The notes under the pieces: model-generated
Databases searched by the model: none
What the model saw: the letters and a program-made list of their open reading frames with translations, nothing else
Told to the model about the DNA's origin: nothing
Part shown: in pieces, positions 7,922 to 17,606 of the stretch
Numbering within the stretch: position 1 is the first letter of the stretch
Layout of the letters: each line of letters begins with the position of its first letter
Virus record (IMG/VR): IMGVR_UViG_3300050821_008548
Coordinates: 1,562-65,561 of that record
Reading direction: 5' to 3' (one strand)
From: a virus
Lineage: Duplodnaviria > Caudoviricetes
DNA length: 64,000 bases
Translations under genes and position numbers: made by a program

Positions 7922-8309
7922 ACCGCTCCTCGACATCACGATCCCGGGCCTGCGTCTCGTGAGCGAAGCGAACTCTCACACGCACTGGAGAAGCCGCCAG
8001 CAGCGGGCGCGAATGCAGCGCGAGACAGCCCGCGCCCACGTGCTGTCGAAGGTGATGGGAGCGCGTCCGCAGTCGTGGAGCACCGCGTGGTCGCTGGACG
8101 CCGCCACCCCGCTGCGAGTCACCATCACGCGCATCGCTCCGCGCCGACTCGACAGCGACAACGCGGTCGGATCAGCAAAGGCGGTCAGGGATGGGATTGC
8201 CGACGCGTTCAGAGTCGACGACAACGACCCGCGCATCGAGTGGGTCGTCTGCCAGAGCGCGGGCGGGGCCAAGGAGTACGCAGTGAACATCAGAATCGAG
8301 GCCGTATGA
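7911..8309 (+). CDS. RusA-like Holliday junction resolvase
   Basis: SEAN...VTITRIAPRRLDSDN...KAVRDGIAD...DDND. Confidence 0.75.
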   Translation: MSPRPLLDITIPGLRLVSEANSHTHWRSRQQRARMQRETARAHVLSKVMGARPQSWSTAWSLDAATPLRVTITRIAPRRLDSDNAVGSAKAVRDGIADAFRVDDNDPRIEWVVCQSAGGAKEYAVNIRIEAV

Positions 8310-8452
8310 GCCACCACCCCGTCACCCGCTGCCAGGAAGGCCACACCGTCCGCGTCACCGTCTACGTGTGGGACGGCGACTCGGAGTACGTCGAGGCCGA
8401 GGCGGAGTATTGCCCGATCTGCGGGACGGAACTCGAGGAGGCGGAGTCATGA
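8306..8452 (+). CDS. Small zinc-ribbon protein
   Basis: CQEGH...CPICG; coupled. Confidence 0.5.
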   Translation: MSHHPVTRCQEGHTVRVTVYVWDGDSEYVEAEAEYCPICGTELEEAES

Positions 8453-8658
8453 GATACGAGCGCCTCACGCTGCCCCAAGTCCCCGCGCGCCTCGCGTCCC
8501 GCTGCCAGCTCGGCTGCGTCATGTGGAATTGGATCGGCTACCAGCGCGCGCAGGAGGCGATCGACCGCGCCATCGCCGCCCTGCCCATGCGCGAGGTCAC
8601 CGTCGGCGGCGAGACGTATCTGCAGATTGACCAGGCGGGGATGGAGGCGAGATCGTGA
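8449..8658 (+). CDS. Hypothetical protein
   Basis: GGAGG upstream; coupled. Confidence 0.5.
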   Translation: MRYERLTLPQVPARLASRCQLGCVMWNWIGYQRAQEAIDRAIAALPMREVTVGGETYLQIDQAGMEARS

Positions 8659-8840
8659 AAAGACCCCACGAAGCCCCAGACTGCCGATGCAGTGTCTGCA
8701 TGGCCTTCGCGGCGCGCATGTCCGAGCGGTACATGCAGATCATGAGTCGCGCGTTCGGACTAGAGCGCGTCGCTGGCGAGAAGATCCAAGCGTTCATCGT
8801 GAGACTGGAGGCATCTGAGGCATGGAAGGGATCGCAATGA
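8655..8840 (+). CDS. Hypothetical protein (KRPHE-CxCxxC N-terminus)
   Basis: GGAGG upstream; N-terminus shared with the next ORF. Confidence 0.55.
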   Translation: MKRPHEAPDCRCSVCMAFAARMSERYMQIMSRAFGLERVAGEKIQAFIVRLEASEAWKGSQ

Positions 8841-9055
8841 AACGCCCCCACGAAGACCCCGCGTGCCACTGCCCCGCGTGCGAGGCGTACGACAATCGGG
8901 GGAGTGATGTTGAGAAGGACGCCGACCCGTACTGGTGTGGCGGCTTCCTAACGATCAACGCGAGGCAGTACGTCGGCATCGAGAGAACGCCTGGCGAGAC
9001 GGACGCCCAACTTCGGGCGCGCTGCTATCAGATACTGGGTAGGGGCTATCGATGA
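8837..9055 (+). CDS. Hypothetical protein (KRPHE-CxCxxC N-terminus)
   Basis: ATGA coupled; N-terminus shared with the previous ORF. Confidence 0.55.
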   Translation: MKRPHEDPACHCPACEAYDNRGSDVEKDADPYWCGGFLTINARQYVGIERTPGETDAQLRARCYQILGRGYR

Positions 9056-9270
9056 ACCACGACGCCCTCAACCTCGACGACGTCCCGCTCACATCGGACG
9101 CCGACGACCCCGATCTGGACACCGAGATCCCCGAGACGCGCGGCAAGCCCGGAAGGCCCAAGAGGGTCAAGCCGAAGGGGTGGGATGTGCCGAGGCCGGA
9201 GCAACGTTTCGTACCAGCGTGGAGTCTCGATCCGGGATTGTTGCCACGGAAGCCCCCGGGCTCGCGATGA
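9052..9270 (+). CDS. Hypothetical protein
   Basis: ATGA coupled on both sides. Confidence 0.5.
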   Translation: MNHDALNLDDVPLTSDADDPDLDTEIPETRGKPGRPKRVKPKGWDVPRPEQRFVPAWSLDPGLLPRKPPGSR

Positions 9271-9896
9271 GCCACCCCGATCTCGAAAGACCCTACGGCA
9301 CCCGCCCCGTCGTCGCCCAGCTCGTCGAGGTGCTGGCCGAGAAGCACCGCCTTCTCGTCCACACCGTGCTGCGTGGCCAGACGCCCGAGGCCATCCACGC
9401 CAGGGCGGACTTGTGTCACCTGCTGATCGAGCGCTGCTGGATCCCAGACGCGGTCGACCGATTCTTTGGATTCCCGCCGGGGACGGCGGCCGCGGGAAAG
9501 GCCCACTGGAAAGCGAAGCTCGCCGACGACGAGGCGCGGCGCATCGAGGCCGAGGCGTTCGCGGCTGCGGGGGGCGGCCTGCCGCCGATTCGGGAGCGAA
9601 TGGCGGACATGGAGAGGCGGCAGGAGCTCAACGCCGAGCGTCGGGCGCAGTACGCGGCGGCGAAGGAGGGCCGGCGGGTTGTGGTCGGTGCGCCCAAGCC
9701 GCGGAGGCATCGAGAGAGGCCGTTGACGGCGTCGATCATCGAGTCGGCGTTGATGGGGCACGGGGTGGCGTCAGGCTGCACGGCGCATGTGCGGACCGGG
9801 ACACGGAACCGTCGAGGGACGTGCGGTCGGCCGGTGGCCGAGGGGTGCGGTGGGCTGTGTGGGTGGCATGCGGCGCAGGGTAGGCGGGTTGGATGA
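9267..9896 (+). CDS. Hypothetical protein with C-terminal Cys/His finger
   Basis: ATGA coupled; C...C...CGWH. Confidence 0.55.
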   Translation: MSHPDLERPYGTRPVVAQLVEVLAEKHRLLVHTVLRGQTPEAIHARADLCHLLIERCWIPDAVDRFFGFPPGTAAAGKAHWKAKLADDEARRIEAEAFAAAGGGLPPIRERMADMERRQELNAERRAQYAAAKEGRRVVVGAPKPRRHRERPLTASIIESALMGHGVASGCTAHVRTGTRNRRGTCGRPVAEGCGGLCGWHAAQGRRVG

Positions 9897-9986
9897 CCCG
9901 ATGCGCTTGCTCGAAGTCCCCAGCCACTCAATAGATCCAGAGTCGGGTAATGCGTCCGAGCTGGCCTCGGGCAGAAAGCGGAGACC

Positions 9987-10712
9987 ATGGCTGTTGTCGA
10001 AGTCACGCGCCCCCGTCGAGGGGACGGTGGGCAGGCCGAGAGCTACGAAGACCACAAGCCGGCGACGCGGATCCGGCTGACCACCGACGAATCGCGGACA
10101 ATATCCTACGTCTTCTCCGACTGGGACTCGGAGATCGGCCTGGCCAGCAACTTCGAGGCGATGCGAGCGGCCATCGCGAGCCAAGGCCAGCCCGACACCC
10201 CCGCCCAGGCGCGTCGGCGCGCGGCATCCAAGGAGCCGCAGACGGCGGTTCCCAAGGCCGTCGCCCAGGTGTTCGACGCCGGCGCCATGTCGGCGATCGA
10301 GCGCTGGGCCGACCGCAAGCTCGACGACCGGATCAAGATCCTCCGGTGCTGGCGGGCCCTCTGCGCCATGGGGCGAGCGCGCAACCCTTCGGTCATCATC
10401 CTGCACGCGCTGTATGGCGACATGCCCCCGGGGCTCCCAGCGCGCGGCACCTGGGCCAAGGACGTCGACCTCGAGTACCGCAGGGTCGTTCGCTACGTCG
10501 ACGCCTCAGGGGGCTCAGGGGCCGCGCTGGACGCAATGCTGCTGGTCGACAGGCGCCGACGGCCAGGGGACACCGACGAATCGCTCAAGGCCCGCAACGT
10601 GGCGGCGGATGCGAGCAAGCGGCGCCTGGTTGCCGAGCTTGGGCGAGCGGCGGAGCACCTCATCGTCGCTGCAGCGCACGCGTACAGGGCGGCGATTCGG
10701 GAGCAGCCGTGA
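9987..10712 (+). CDS. Hypothetical protein (position typical of a late-transcription regulator)
   Basis: 241-aa ORF with GGAG upstream; last large early gene. Confidence 0.6.
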   Translation: MAVVEVTRPRRGDGGQAESYEDHKPATRIRLTTDESRTISYVFSDWDSEIGLASNFEAMRAAIASQGQPDTPAQARRRAASKEPQTAVPKAVAQVFDAGAMSAIERWADRKLDDRIKILRCWRALCAMGRARNPSVIILHALYGDMPPGLPARGTWAKDVDLEYRRVVRYVDASGGSGAALDAMLLVDRRRRPGDTDESLKARNVAADASKRRLVAELGRAAEHLIVAAAHAYRAAIREQP

Positions 10713-11023
10713 CCGTCGTCACGGTCGCCGACATCGCCAAAGCCCGAGGATGGCACCGCGCCTATGCCTACAAGTGGCTCCGGCGCATCGAACTCGAGCA
10801 CGGGGAGCCCACCGTCTGGCGAAAAGGCCGGGCGCTCATGGCCGACGCGGAACGCTTGGCCCACGTGACCGAACCCGATCTGCACGAGTTGCTTGCCCAG
10901 GCGATCAACCGCATCGAGCTACTCGAATCTGCCTACACGGGGCAGGACAAACGAATCGACGGGATTTCTCGAGACTTGGTCGACATCAGGCGACGCGAGC
11001 GCGAGCGCAGCAAGCGAAAATAG
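10709..11023 (+). CDS. HTH plus coiled-coil protein
   Basis: VTVADIAKARGWHRAYAYKWL HTH-like segment. Confidence 0.6.
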   Translation: MTVVTVADIAKARGWHRAYAYKWLRRIELEHGEPTVWRKGRALMADAERLAHVTEPDLHELLAQAINRIELLESAYTGQDKRIDGISRDLVDIRRRERERSKRK

Positions 11024-11152
11024 TTAGTTGCCTAAAGGCAACACGGCCACCCATACGCGCGCGTGCGCGATCTCAGTCAGGAGCCTTGTTTCCACGGAGA
11101 GCGAGAGCCGAAGCGGGCCACGGACCCCGAAGCACCGCGTAGCCCATAGGGT

Positions 11153-11332
11153 ATGGGGGACAGTCTCAATCGCCCCAGCCTCGCCAAGGCCCACCCCGAA
11201 GTCGTCTATGAGTTCGGGTGGCAGGGCGACGCGGAGTGCCAAGAGTACGCACGAGACCACCTGCTGTCCGATACGGTGCGGCGGTGGATGCGAGCGGTAG
11301 CAGCAGAGACCGGCGGGCTCGCGAGAGCCTGA
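11153..11332 (+). CDS. Hypothetical small protein (59 aa)
   Basis: MGDSLNRPSLAKAHPEVVYEFGWQ...; fills the intergenic gap. Confidence 0.35.
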   Translation: MGDSLNRPSLAKAHPEVVYEFGWQGDAECQEYARDHLLSDTVRRWMRAVAAETGGLARA

Positions 11333-11427
11333 AACCAACACGTGACGCCAGGACGCCCACAGCGCGCCCGAGCCTGGCAGTAGGAGTCACGGTAAAAACG
11401 AGCTGCGCTTGAATCGAGAGCGCGGCG

Positions 11428-11985
11428 ATGTCGGACATACCCGGCGGGGACTCGCCTCGAAAGAAGCCGCGACGCAAAGCTTCACGCGCGCGTGATAGAG
11501 CGGAGGCCTCGGTCGCTGGCCTTGAGCGGCGCCTGCACGGCGAGCAAGAGGCGCCGCCGCCACCGCCCGGGCCCAAGCCCTCGGTCGCCGAGCGCGTCGA
11601 ATACTGCATGCTTCTGATGGTCAAGGGGCTCTGGAACGGCTACGCGACGCGCCAGACGCTCATGGAAGCCTGGGGCATCTCGGACGTGTCGGTGCGGGCC
11701 CACTCGGCCGAGGCCAGTCGACGCCTGCGGCTTGACCAGAACGAGCTCGAGGCGGCCCGCGTGTCGCACGCGTTCTTCTGCGAGCGCATCCAGCGTGAAG
11801 CGCTGGCGATGTGCAACGAGATCACTGGCTTGCCCGACTTCGCGTCGGCGCTGAAGGCCACGGAGCTCGCCGCGCGGTTCAAGGGCATCGACATCGATGC
11901 GCCAGCGCAGCACGGAGACGGCGCCCCCCAGCGAATCGAAATCAAGGTCCTCCCACCCGACGAGCCCCCCGAAGAACCCTCATGA
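11428..11985 (+). CDS. Putative terminase small subunit
   Basis: First late-operon gene; HTH-like middle, helical body, C-terminal RIEIKV strand. Confidence 0.55.
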   Translation: MSDIPGGDSPRKKPRRKASRARDRAEASVAGLERRLHGEQEAPPPPPGPKPSVAERVEYCMLLMVKGLWNGYATRQTLMEAWGISDVSVRAHSAEASRRLRLDQNELEAARVSHAFFCERIQREALAMCNEITGLPDFASALKATELAARFKGIDIDAPAQHGDGAPQRIEIKVLPPDEPPEEPS

Positions 11986-12506
11986 AACTATATTTCATGA
12001 GGCACGGCCCCGCGGGCCCCACGGTGGACGACCCGAAGCAGGAGCGCGAGAGGCCCCTGCTCCCGCGAGGCAAGAAGCTCGTGCAGGCCGTGGCCGACGC
12101 CATGGTGGCCGCGGGTGAGGTCCCCAACGTGGGCTTCGCCTCGCCGCTCATGCGCGCCAGCCAGACGGCTGACATCCTCGGCGCAACGATGCTGTTCCAG
12201 GTGAACGTCATCGACGACATCGCGCCCAACCGCCCGCTCGAGGACCGACTGCTCGAGATGATGATGCACGGCGAGGTCAAGAAGGTCTTGCTCGTCGGGC
12301 ACGTGGACAACTCGTCGCCCGCGTTCAGCAACCTCGGCGGCGACATGGGCAAATGCGCCCGCGACACCGACCAGGGCGACGGCGACTGGCCCGATCTCGT
12401 CAAGGGCGAGGTACGCCGCATACGAATCGATCGGAAGACGGGCAAGTGGAAGTGCCGCTGGCGCCTGCTTCCGAGCGACCTTGGATTCCCGGACGAGACG
12501 GTATGA
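11982..12506 (+). CDS. sixA: SixA-like phosphohistidine phosphatase (histidine phosphatase superfamily)
   Basis: MKLYFMRHG, ERPL..RG, SPLMRASQTA, VLLVGH. Confidence 0.82.
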   Translation: MKLYFMRHGPAGPTVDDPKQERERPLLPRGKKLVQAVADAMVAAGEVPNVGFASPLMRASQTADILGATMLFQVNVIDDIAPNRPLEDRLLEMMMHGEVKKVLLVGHVDNSSPAFSNLGGDMGKCARDTDQGDGDWPDLVKGEVRRIRIDRKTGKWKCRWRLLPSDLGFPDETV

Positions 12507-12631
12507 CGATCCAAGAGCTCGAGGCCCCGTTCCGCGCAACGTTCCTGGACTGGCTCAGGGCACGCGCTCGCGTGTCCGGCCTGTCATGGCGCGCCCAGCT
12601 CGAGATGGCCTGGCGATGTGAGGGCTGGTGA
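12503..12631 (+). CDS. Hypothetical small protein
   Basis: ATGA/GTGA coupled. Confidence 0.4.
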   Translation: MTIQELEAPFRATFLDWLRARARVSGLSWRAQLEMAWRCEGW

Positions 12632-12816
12632 AAGCCCGCCTATACCTCGACGGCCAGACGCTCGGCGAGATTGACGTCGCGGAGCACGCCTCAGGCCTTC
12701 GGCCTGGCGCCCGCCTCACGCTCGCGCTGGTCGAACTGCACCCCACGCGGCCCCACCGGCCGCTGTTCATGAGCGGACTGCTGGAGACGGCGGAGCCGAT
12801 GCGAACCTACCGATGA
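12628..12816 (+). CDS. Hypothetical protein
   Basis: Coupled overlaps. Confidence 0.45.
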   Translation: MKARLYLDGQTLGEIDVAEHASGLRPGARLTLALVELHPTRPHRPLFMSGLLETAEPMRTYR

Positions 12817-13145
12817 TCTCCTTCCACAACAACGCCGATGGCACCCGGGTCGCCGACGCGACCTGCGTCATGTGCAAGGCGAAGTTCGACGCGGTGACGC
12901 AGGTCCGGGACGCTGCGGGCGAGTGGTCGCCGGACGTTCAGAAAATCTTCACGATGAGCGGCTGGCTGGCGCGAGGCGACAGCGCCTACTGCGGCCGGTT
13001 CTGCTCGGACCGTCACGCCTACGCGATGCGCGGAGCCACCCAGGCGACAGCCTCGGACATCCGCCAGCCTGTCGCTGTGACCAAGCCCATCATCGCCTCT
13101 CCGGTGCGCAAGGCGATGCCCGCACCGCAGGCGCAAAAGAGGTAG
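12813..13145 (+). CDS. Hypothetical Cys-containing protein
   Basis: CVMC...YCGRFCS. Confidence 0.55.
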   Translation: MISFHNNADGTRVADATCVMCKAKFDAVTQVRDAAGEWSPDVQKIFTMSGWLARGDSAYCGRFCSDRHAYAMRGATQATASDIRQPVAVTKPIIASPVRKAMPAPQAQKR

Positions 13146-13147
13146 CG

Positions 13148-13405
13148 ATGCGCGTTTGCAAGCTCAGACTCGACACGGTCCGCAAGGTGTGGCTACACGA
13201 GCCCACGGGCCTTCAGGTTACCCACTGGGACGACACTGAGAGCGGCAACCGTGAGCGCGTGCATGCGGCCGCGGCGAAGATGTTCTCCGAGCGCCTGAAC
13301 GAGCCGTGCTCGATCGAGTTTCTCGACGCGCCATTCCCGTCGTCCCAGACGATGACCGAGGTTCGGATGACCAACTTCGGGGGCGCCAGACTTCCCAGCG
13401 CCTAG
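13148..13405 (+). CDS. Hypothetical protein
   Basis: GAGG upstream; fills the gap before terL. Confidence 0.5.
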   Translation: MRVCKLRLDTVRKVWLHEPTGLQVTHWDDTESGNRERVHAAAAKMFSERLNEPCSIEFLDAPFPSSQTMTEVRMTNFGGARLPSA

Positions 13406-13407
13406 CG

Positions 13408-14733
13408 GTGCAGTTCTCGCTCGAGACGCCCCAGTTCGAGGCGTACAAGGCGCTGCAGCCCGGCATGACCGTCGGGATTGGCTGGGGCCGCGGTGGCGGT
13501 AAGAGCCAGTTCATTCGGCTCATGTGGTACCTGCTGGTCGCTCAGTGGGACGGGCACTACCGGACGGGCTCCCCGTTCCCTGGCGTCCGTATCGTGCTGC
13601 TGATGGCCGACCTCAACGCGGCCAAACGCGTTCACGCGAGCCTGTTTCTGTCCGAGCTAGCCAACGAGTGGTCGATGCTCCGCGGCAAGACGGACCGCAC
13701 GACGTGGCGGACCAACTTCCCCGGCGGGTCTTGGATCCAGTGGGTGAGCGCCGCGCAGGCCCTGTCGATCAAGGGTCTCCGGTGCGACATCATCTGCGTC
13801 GATGAGTGTGACCAGATCGACACGTCGGTCATCGACGCGCGGTGTGGCCCCTGGCTCACCGAGCCGCATTCGCTCGACATCCAGCTCATTGCGGGCACCC
13901 CGGAGAAGGGGCGCTACGGCCTGCTGTACCGAACCTGGGCGCGCGCGAACGGCAAGCTGCTGGACAACGACGGGCACGAGTTCGAGCGCCACGCCTTCAG
14001 CCACGCGACCAGCTACGAGTTCCCGCACTTCGTCAGCCGCAAGAAGCTCGACAAGGAGCGCAAGGAGCTCACGCCGCAGCTCTTCGAGCGCGAGTACCTG
14101 TGCAACTGGGACGCGGCCGAGGGCCTGGTTTACCCGCACTTCCGCGAAGACTTCCACGTCAGGAAGCCTCCGCCGGACATCGTCTGGCGAGAGCACATCG
14201 TGGGCGTCGACTGGGGGTTCGAGGATCCTGCGGTCATCAACGTTTACGGGCTGGCGGGCAGCGGTCGAGACGTCACCATCCACCAATTGGCGGAGTGGTA
14301 TATCGTCCACAAGACGGACTCTCAGATCGCAGAGATCTCCATCCAGGTCGACACGCTCTACCCGGGCGCTCGCTGGTACGCCGATCCGAGCCGACCTCAG
14401 TCGATCGCCGCGGTGAAACACGAGGCCGGCGTCCGCATCGTGCAAGCCGACAACTCGATCGAGGACGGGGTCGCGACGGTCGCTGACGCGCTTCTGGTGC
14501 GAGAGCGAGACGACGGCGAGCGATGGGCCCAGCTGTACATCAGCCCCAACTGCACCAACACGATCCGCGAGTTCAGCGAGTACCGGCGCAAGCGGGACCC
14601 GAAGAACCGGGAACGCGTGCTCGACGACATCGAGGACAAGAACAACCACGCCATGGACGCCACCAGATACGCCCTGTTCACGCACTTCGGCGGCCCCGAG
14701 CGGCGCCTGGTGACCGGCTACGGCGTCGGCTGA
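13408..14733 (+). CDS. terL: Terminase large subunit
   Basis: Walker A GRGGGKS, Walker B IICVDE, coupling motif GTP, nuclease GVDWG...ADPS...NHAMDATRY. Confidence 0.95.
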   Translation: MQFSLETPQFEAYKALQPGMTVGIGWGRGGGKSQFIRLMWYLLVAQWDGHYRTGSPFPGVRIVLLMADLNAAKRVHASLFLSELANEWSMLRGKTDRTTWRTNFPGGSWIQWVSAAQALSIKGLRCDIICVDECDQIDTSVIDARCGPWLTEPHSLDIQLIAGTPEKGRYGLLYRTWARANGKLLDNDGHEFERHAFSHATSYEFPHFVSRKKLDKERKELTPQLFEREYLCNWDAAEGLVYPHFREDFHVRKPPPDIVWREHIVGVDWGFEDPAVINVYGLAGSGRDVTIHQLAEWYIVHKTDSQIAEISIQVDTLYPGARWYADPSRPQSIAAVKHEAGVRIVQADNSIEDGVATVADALLVRERDDGERWAQLYISPNCTNTIREFSEYRRKRDPKNRERVLDDIEDKNNHAMDATRYALFTHFGGPERRLVTGYGVG

Positions 14734-14736
14734 ACC

Positions 14737-16533
14737 ATGGCGGTGCCCGTCACGGCATCCCGTCGCCGCAAGCTGACGGAGAGCGAGGCCGACAAACTCG
14801 TCGTGGCGGGCAAGACGCCGCGGGCCTGCGAACTCGAGAGACTCCAGGCCTACTACGAGGGTACGCAGGACGACGGCAAGCCGCCCTACCTCGACGTCAA
14901 CGGCGACACGCCGCGGCTCGAGCGCAAACCCTGTATCAACTACAAGATCGTCAAGGCCGCCGTGCGCAGCCGCGTGGCGCTGGCGATGGGCGGCACACGG
15001 TTCCCGGTCATCCTGTCGCAGTCGAGCGAGGACGACTCTAAGTTCGACCCTCGGTTCGGACTCGATCAGAAGTCCAGCGAGACGCTCGACCAGTTCAACG
15101 CCAAGCTCTTTGACGTCTGCGGGCTCGCCGCGTGCCTCCGCGAGGCGATGCGGATCGCGCTCGCCAGCCGGTCCGTTGCCCTCATCGGCTGCATGCGCAG
15201 GGGCATGCCATACATCGACACGGTATGGCCGGCCATCTGTACGCCAACGTTCGACCCGAACGATCCGGACACCGTGGTCTCTCTGGAGATCCGGTTTCGC
15301 TTCAAGGAATACTGGCGCGACGCGCAACTCACGTCGATGCAGTGGGCGCCGCTCGTCAAGGAGTACCGGCGCGTCATTGACGCGAAGACCGACACGACTT
15401 TCGTTGCGAAAGAGGTGTGGGACATCGAGGACGTCGATCCGAGCCAGACGGCCGACACCGTCATCGCTCACGGCTTCGGCTTTTGCCCCGTCGCCTGGTA
15501 CGCGCGAGGGAAGACGAGCTACGCGGTCGGTAGCTACGACGGGGCCGCGATTCACGACGGGATGTTCACCGACGTCGACGGAATCAACCACGCACTGTCG
15601 TCCCGACACCTGGCGGCGATGTACACCGGCGATCCGGTGCGTGTCGCGACGGGCGTCAGCCAGGCCGACCCCATGGGCACTCTGGCCCGCACGGCCAGAA
15701 GCCCCGCGATCCCGGGTCAGCCAAAGACTGAGTGGGACAACGCGCTTTACGGATCCAACGGAAAGCAGGCCATCCGGATCGGCCCCGGTGAGCTGCTGCG
15801 CGTCGAAGACCCCAGCGCCAAGGTCCAGATCCTGACACTGCCCCCTGGGGCGCTCGAGGCCGTCAGCGCCCATGCCGCGGACGTTTGCAGCAAGACCCGC
15901 GAGAATCTCCAGTACGTCTGGCTCGATCCGGAGCAGTTGACCGGCGCCGGCGACGTGAGCGGCAAGACGCTCGCGTTCATCTTCGCCACCGAGGTCAACG
16001 CGGTCAACGAGGACCGCGACAACTTCGGCCGCCGGTGCCTGTTGCCTTCCCTCGGACTCGTTTACCGCATGATGCTCGCCAAGGACCCAGCCGAGCTCTA
16101 CGTTCCAGGCATCGCCAAAGCCGTTCCGGTCCTGCAGAAGTTTCTGGTCAAGTTCGACGGGGGCCAGCAAGCGTTCATCGCCCCTCAGCTGAAAATCAAG
16201 TGGGGCGCGATGTTCGAGCCGTCCGACGTGGACGAGGCGACGCGAGCCGCCACCGCCACCAGCGCCCTCACCGCGGGCATCATCACCAAGAAGTCGGCCG
16301 TCGAGCACGTGAAAGACGTGTTCGAGATCGGCAACACCGATCAGTACGTCGACGCGCTCGACAAAGAGGCCGACGACAAGGCCGCGAAAGCTGTTGACCA
16401 GGCCCAGAAGATGGCGTCGGTCACCGGTCCACCCAAACCGGGCGCAGCGGGGGCCTCCAAGCCGGCACCGAATGCCGCCAAGCCAGCCGCGCTCGCGCCG
16501 CTCGGCCTGCAAAAGCAGAAGAAGGCGTCGTGA
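14737..16533 (+). CDS. Portal protein
   Basis: 598 aa directly after terL; YYEG near the N-terminus, HGFGFCPV, SGKTL, SPP1-type pattern. Confidence 0.85.
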   Translation: MAVPVTASRRRKLTESEADKLVVAGKTPRACELERLQAYYEGTQDDGKPPYLDVNGDTPRLERKPCINYKIVKAAVRSRVALAMGGTRFPVILSQSSEDDSKFDPRFGLDQKSSETLDQFNAKLFDVCGLAACLREAMRIALASRSVALIGCMRRGMPYIDTVWPAICTPTFDPNDPDTVVSLEIRFRFKEYWRDAQLTSMQWAPLVKEYRRVIDAKTDTTFVAKEVWDIEDVDPSQTADTVIAHGFGFCPVAWYARGKTSYAVGSYDGAAIHDGMFTDVDGINHALSSRHLAAMYTGDPVRVATGVSQADPMGTLARTARSPAIPGQPKTEWDNALYGSNGKQAIRIGPGELLRVEDPSAKVQILTLPPGALEAVSAHAADVCSKTRENLQYVWLDPEQLTGAGDVSGKTLAFIFATEVNAVNEDRDNFGRRCLLPSLGLVYRMMLAKDPAELYVPGIAKAVPVLQKFLVKFDGGQQAFIAPQLKIKWGAMFEPSDVDEATRAATATSALTAGIITKKSAVEHVKDVFEIGNTDQYVDALDKEADDKAAKAVDQAQKMASVTGPPKPGAAGASKPAPNAAKPAALAPLGLQKQKKAS

Positions 16534-17015
16534 TCGACTCCCCTATACTCAAGGAGGCTGGGCGACGACCGCTCCCGCCGTGGCTCTCGATGCTGCACGC
16601 GGAAATGGGCAAGCTGGCTGACAAGACGAGCCGGCCGGGGTGGGATCGCGACGTGGACGTGCTGGATTCCGCGACCCCGGGACAGGTCGGCGCCCTACCG
16701 ATCGGGGTCCGTCTCTGGTCCGAGGCGCTCATGCTGGCCATTGCGGTCTCGATGGAGACTCCCGGACTGCCTGTTCCGGTGCCCGGAGCCGACCCCAAGG
16801 GCTTCATCTGGCTTACGTGGTCCCAGGACACCACCGACCTCGCGCTGCAGCTGCAGCAGGGGCTCTTGGCGAGATACAGCTACGTGTGGGACACGACGCT
16901 GTGGGGCGTTCGTTCGCGACACGAGAGCGTTCGCCTGAAGGACGTAATGGAGGCGCTACAGGCGGCCTTCGGATACCGCGAGTCGGACAGAAGGGCGGTC
17001 GCCAATGGCTCGTGA
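16530..17015 (+). CDS. Hypothetical protein
   Basis: GTGA coupled to portal. Confidence 0.55.
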   Translation: MIDSPILKEAGRRPLPPWLSMLHAEMGKLADKTSRPGWDRDVDVLDSATPGQVGALPIGVRLWSEALMLAIAVSMETPGLPVPVPGADPKGFIWLTWSQDTTDLALQLQQGLLARYSYVWDTTLWGVRSRHESVRLKDVMEALQAAFGYRESDRRAVANGS

Positions 17016-17481
17016 GTTCATCTGCCCCCTGTGCCAGTGGCACGGCGCGCCGTCGTTCGAGCTCGTCGACGACCCGGGCTCCCAGAAGGGGGGGCGGCTG
17101 GCGGCTAAATGCCAGGGCAAGACGTGCTCCTACGTCGACCCGTACCTGACGGCCTCCGACTTCAACGAGGGCCGCGACGAGAATGGCGAATCGACGGGCG
17201 ACGTGGAGCCACTGAGCCAACCCGCAGCCAGGATCGTCCCGGCCGATCGCAGACTCACCCCCAAGGCGGCACCATCGGCACCGCCGCGGGCCTTCCCAGA
17301 ACCTTTCGACGTCATCGCCCGCATGCGCGAGCGGCGCGACTTCCTGGAGATGGAGATCGCTCGGCTCGAGGCCATGAAACTGGAGCACCGTAAGCTCGTG
17401 AAGATGCTGCGGGTCGCGCAGAGCGAAGAGGCGAAGGCCCAGATCGAGACCAACGTCATGCACATGGGAGTCGCGCAATGA
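17005..17481 (+). CDS. Zn-finger/coiled-coil hypothetical protein
   Basis: CPLC...C...C plus helical C-terminus. Confidence 0.55.
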   Translation: MAREFICPLCQWHGAPSFELVDDPGSQKGGRLAAKCQGKTCSYVDPYLTASDFNEGRDENGESTGDVEPLSQPAARIVPADRRLTPKAAPSAPPRAFPEPFDVIARMRERRDFLEMEIARLEAMKLEHRKLVKMLRVAQSEEAKAQIETNVMHMGVAQ

Positions 17482-17606
17482 AGACCTGTCAGGTCTGCGG
17501 AAAGCCGTTCGACGCGCCCACGTGCCCCAATGACGGAGAAGCCTCTTGGGCTGAACCGAAGCCCGTGAAGCCGCCGCCCACGCCCGCACAGAAGAAGGCC
17601 AGCTGA
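17478..17606 (+). CDS. Small zinc-ribbon protein (42 aa)
   Basis: MKTCQVCG...CPNDG; ATGA and TGATG coupled. Confidence 0.45.
   Translation: MKTCQVCGKPFDAPTCPNDGEASWAEPKPVKPPPTPAQKKAS

Noticed and set aside
13657-16512. 951-aa minus-strand ORF and similar long antisense ORFs (e.g. 24962-27463, 45231-46601)
   Set aside because: Shadow ORFs opposite well-supported genes, expected from high-GC codon bias; no recognisable motifs
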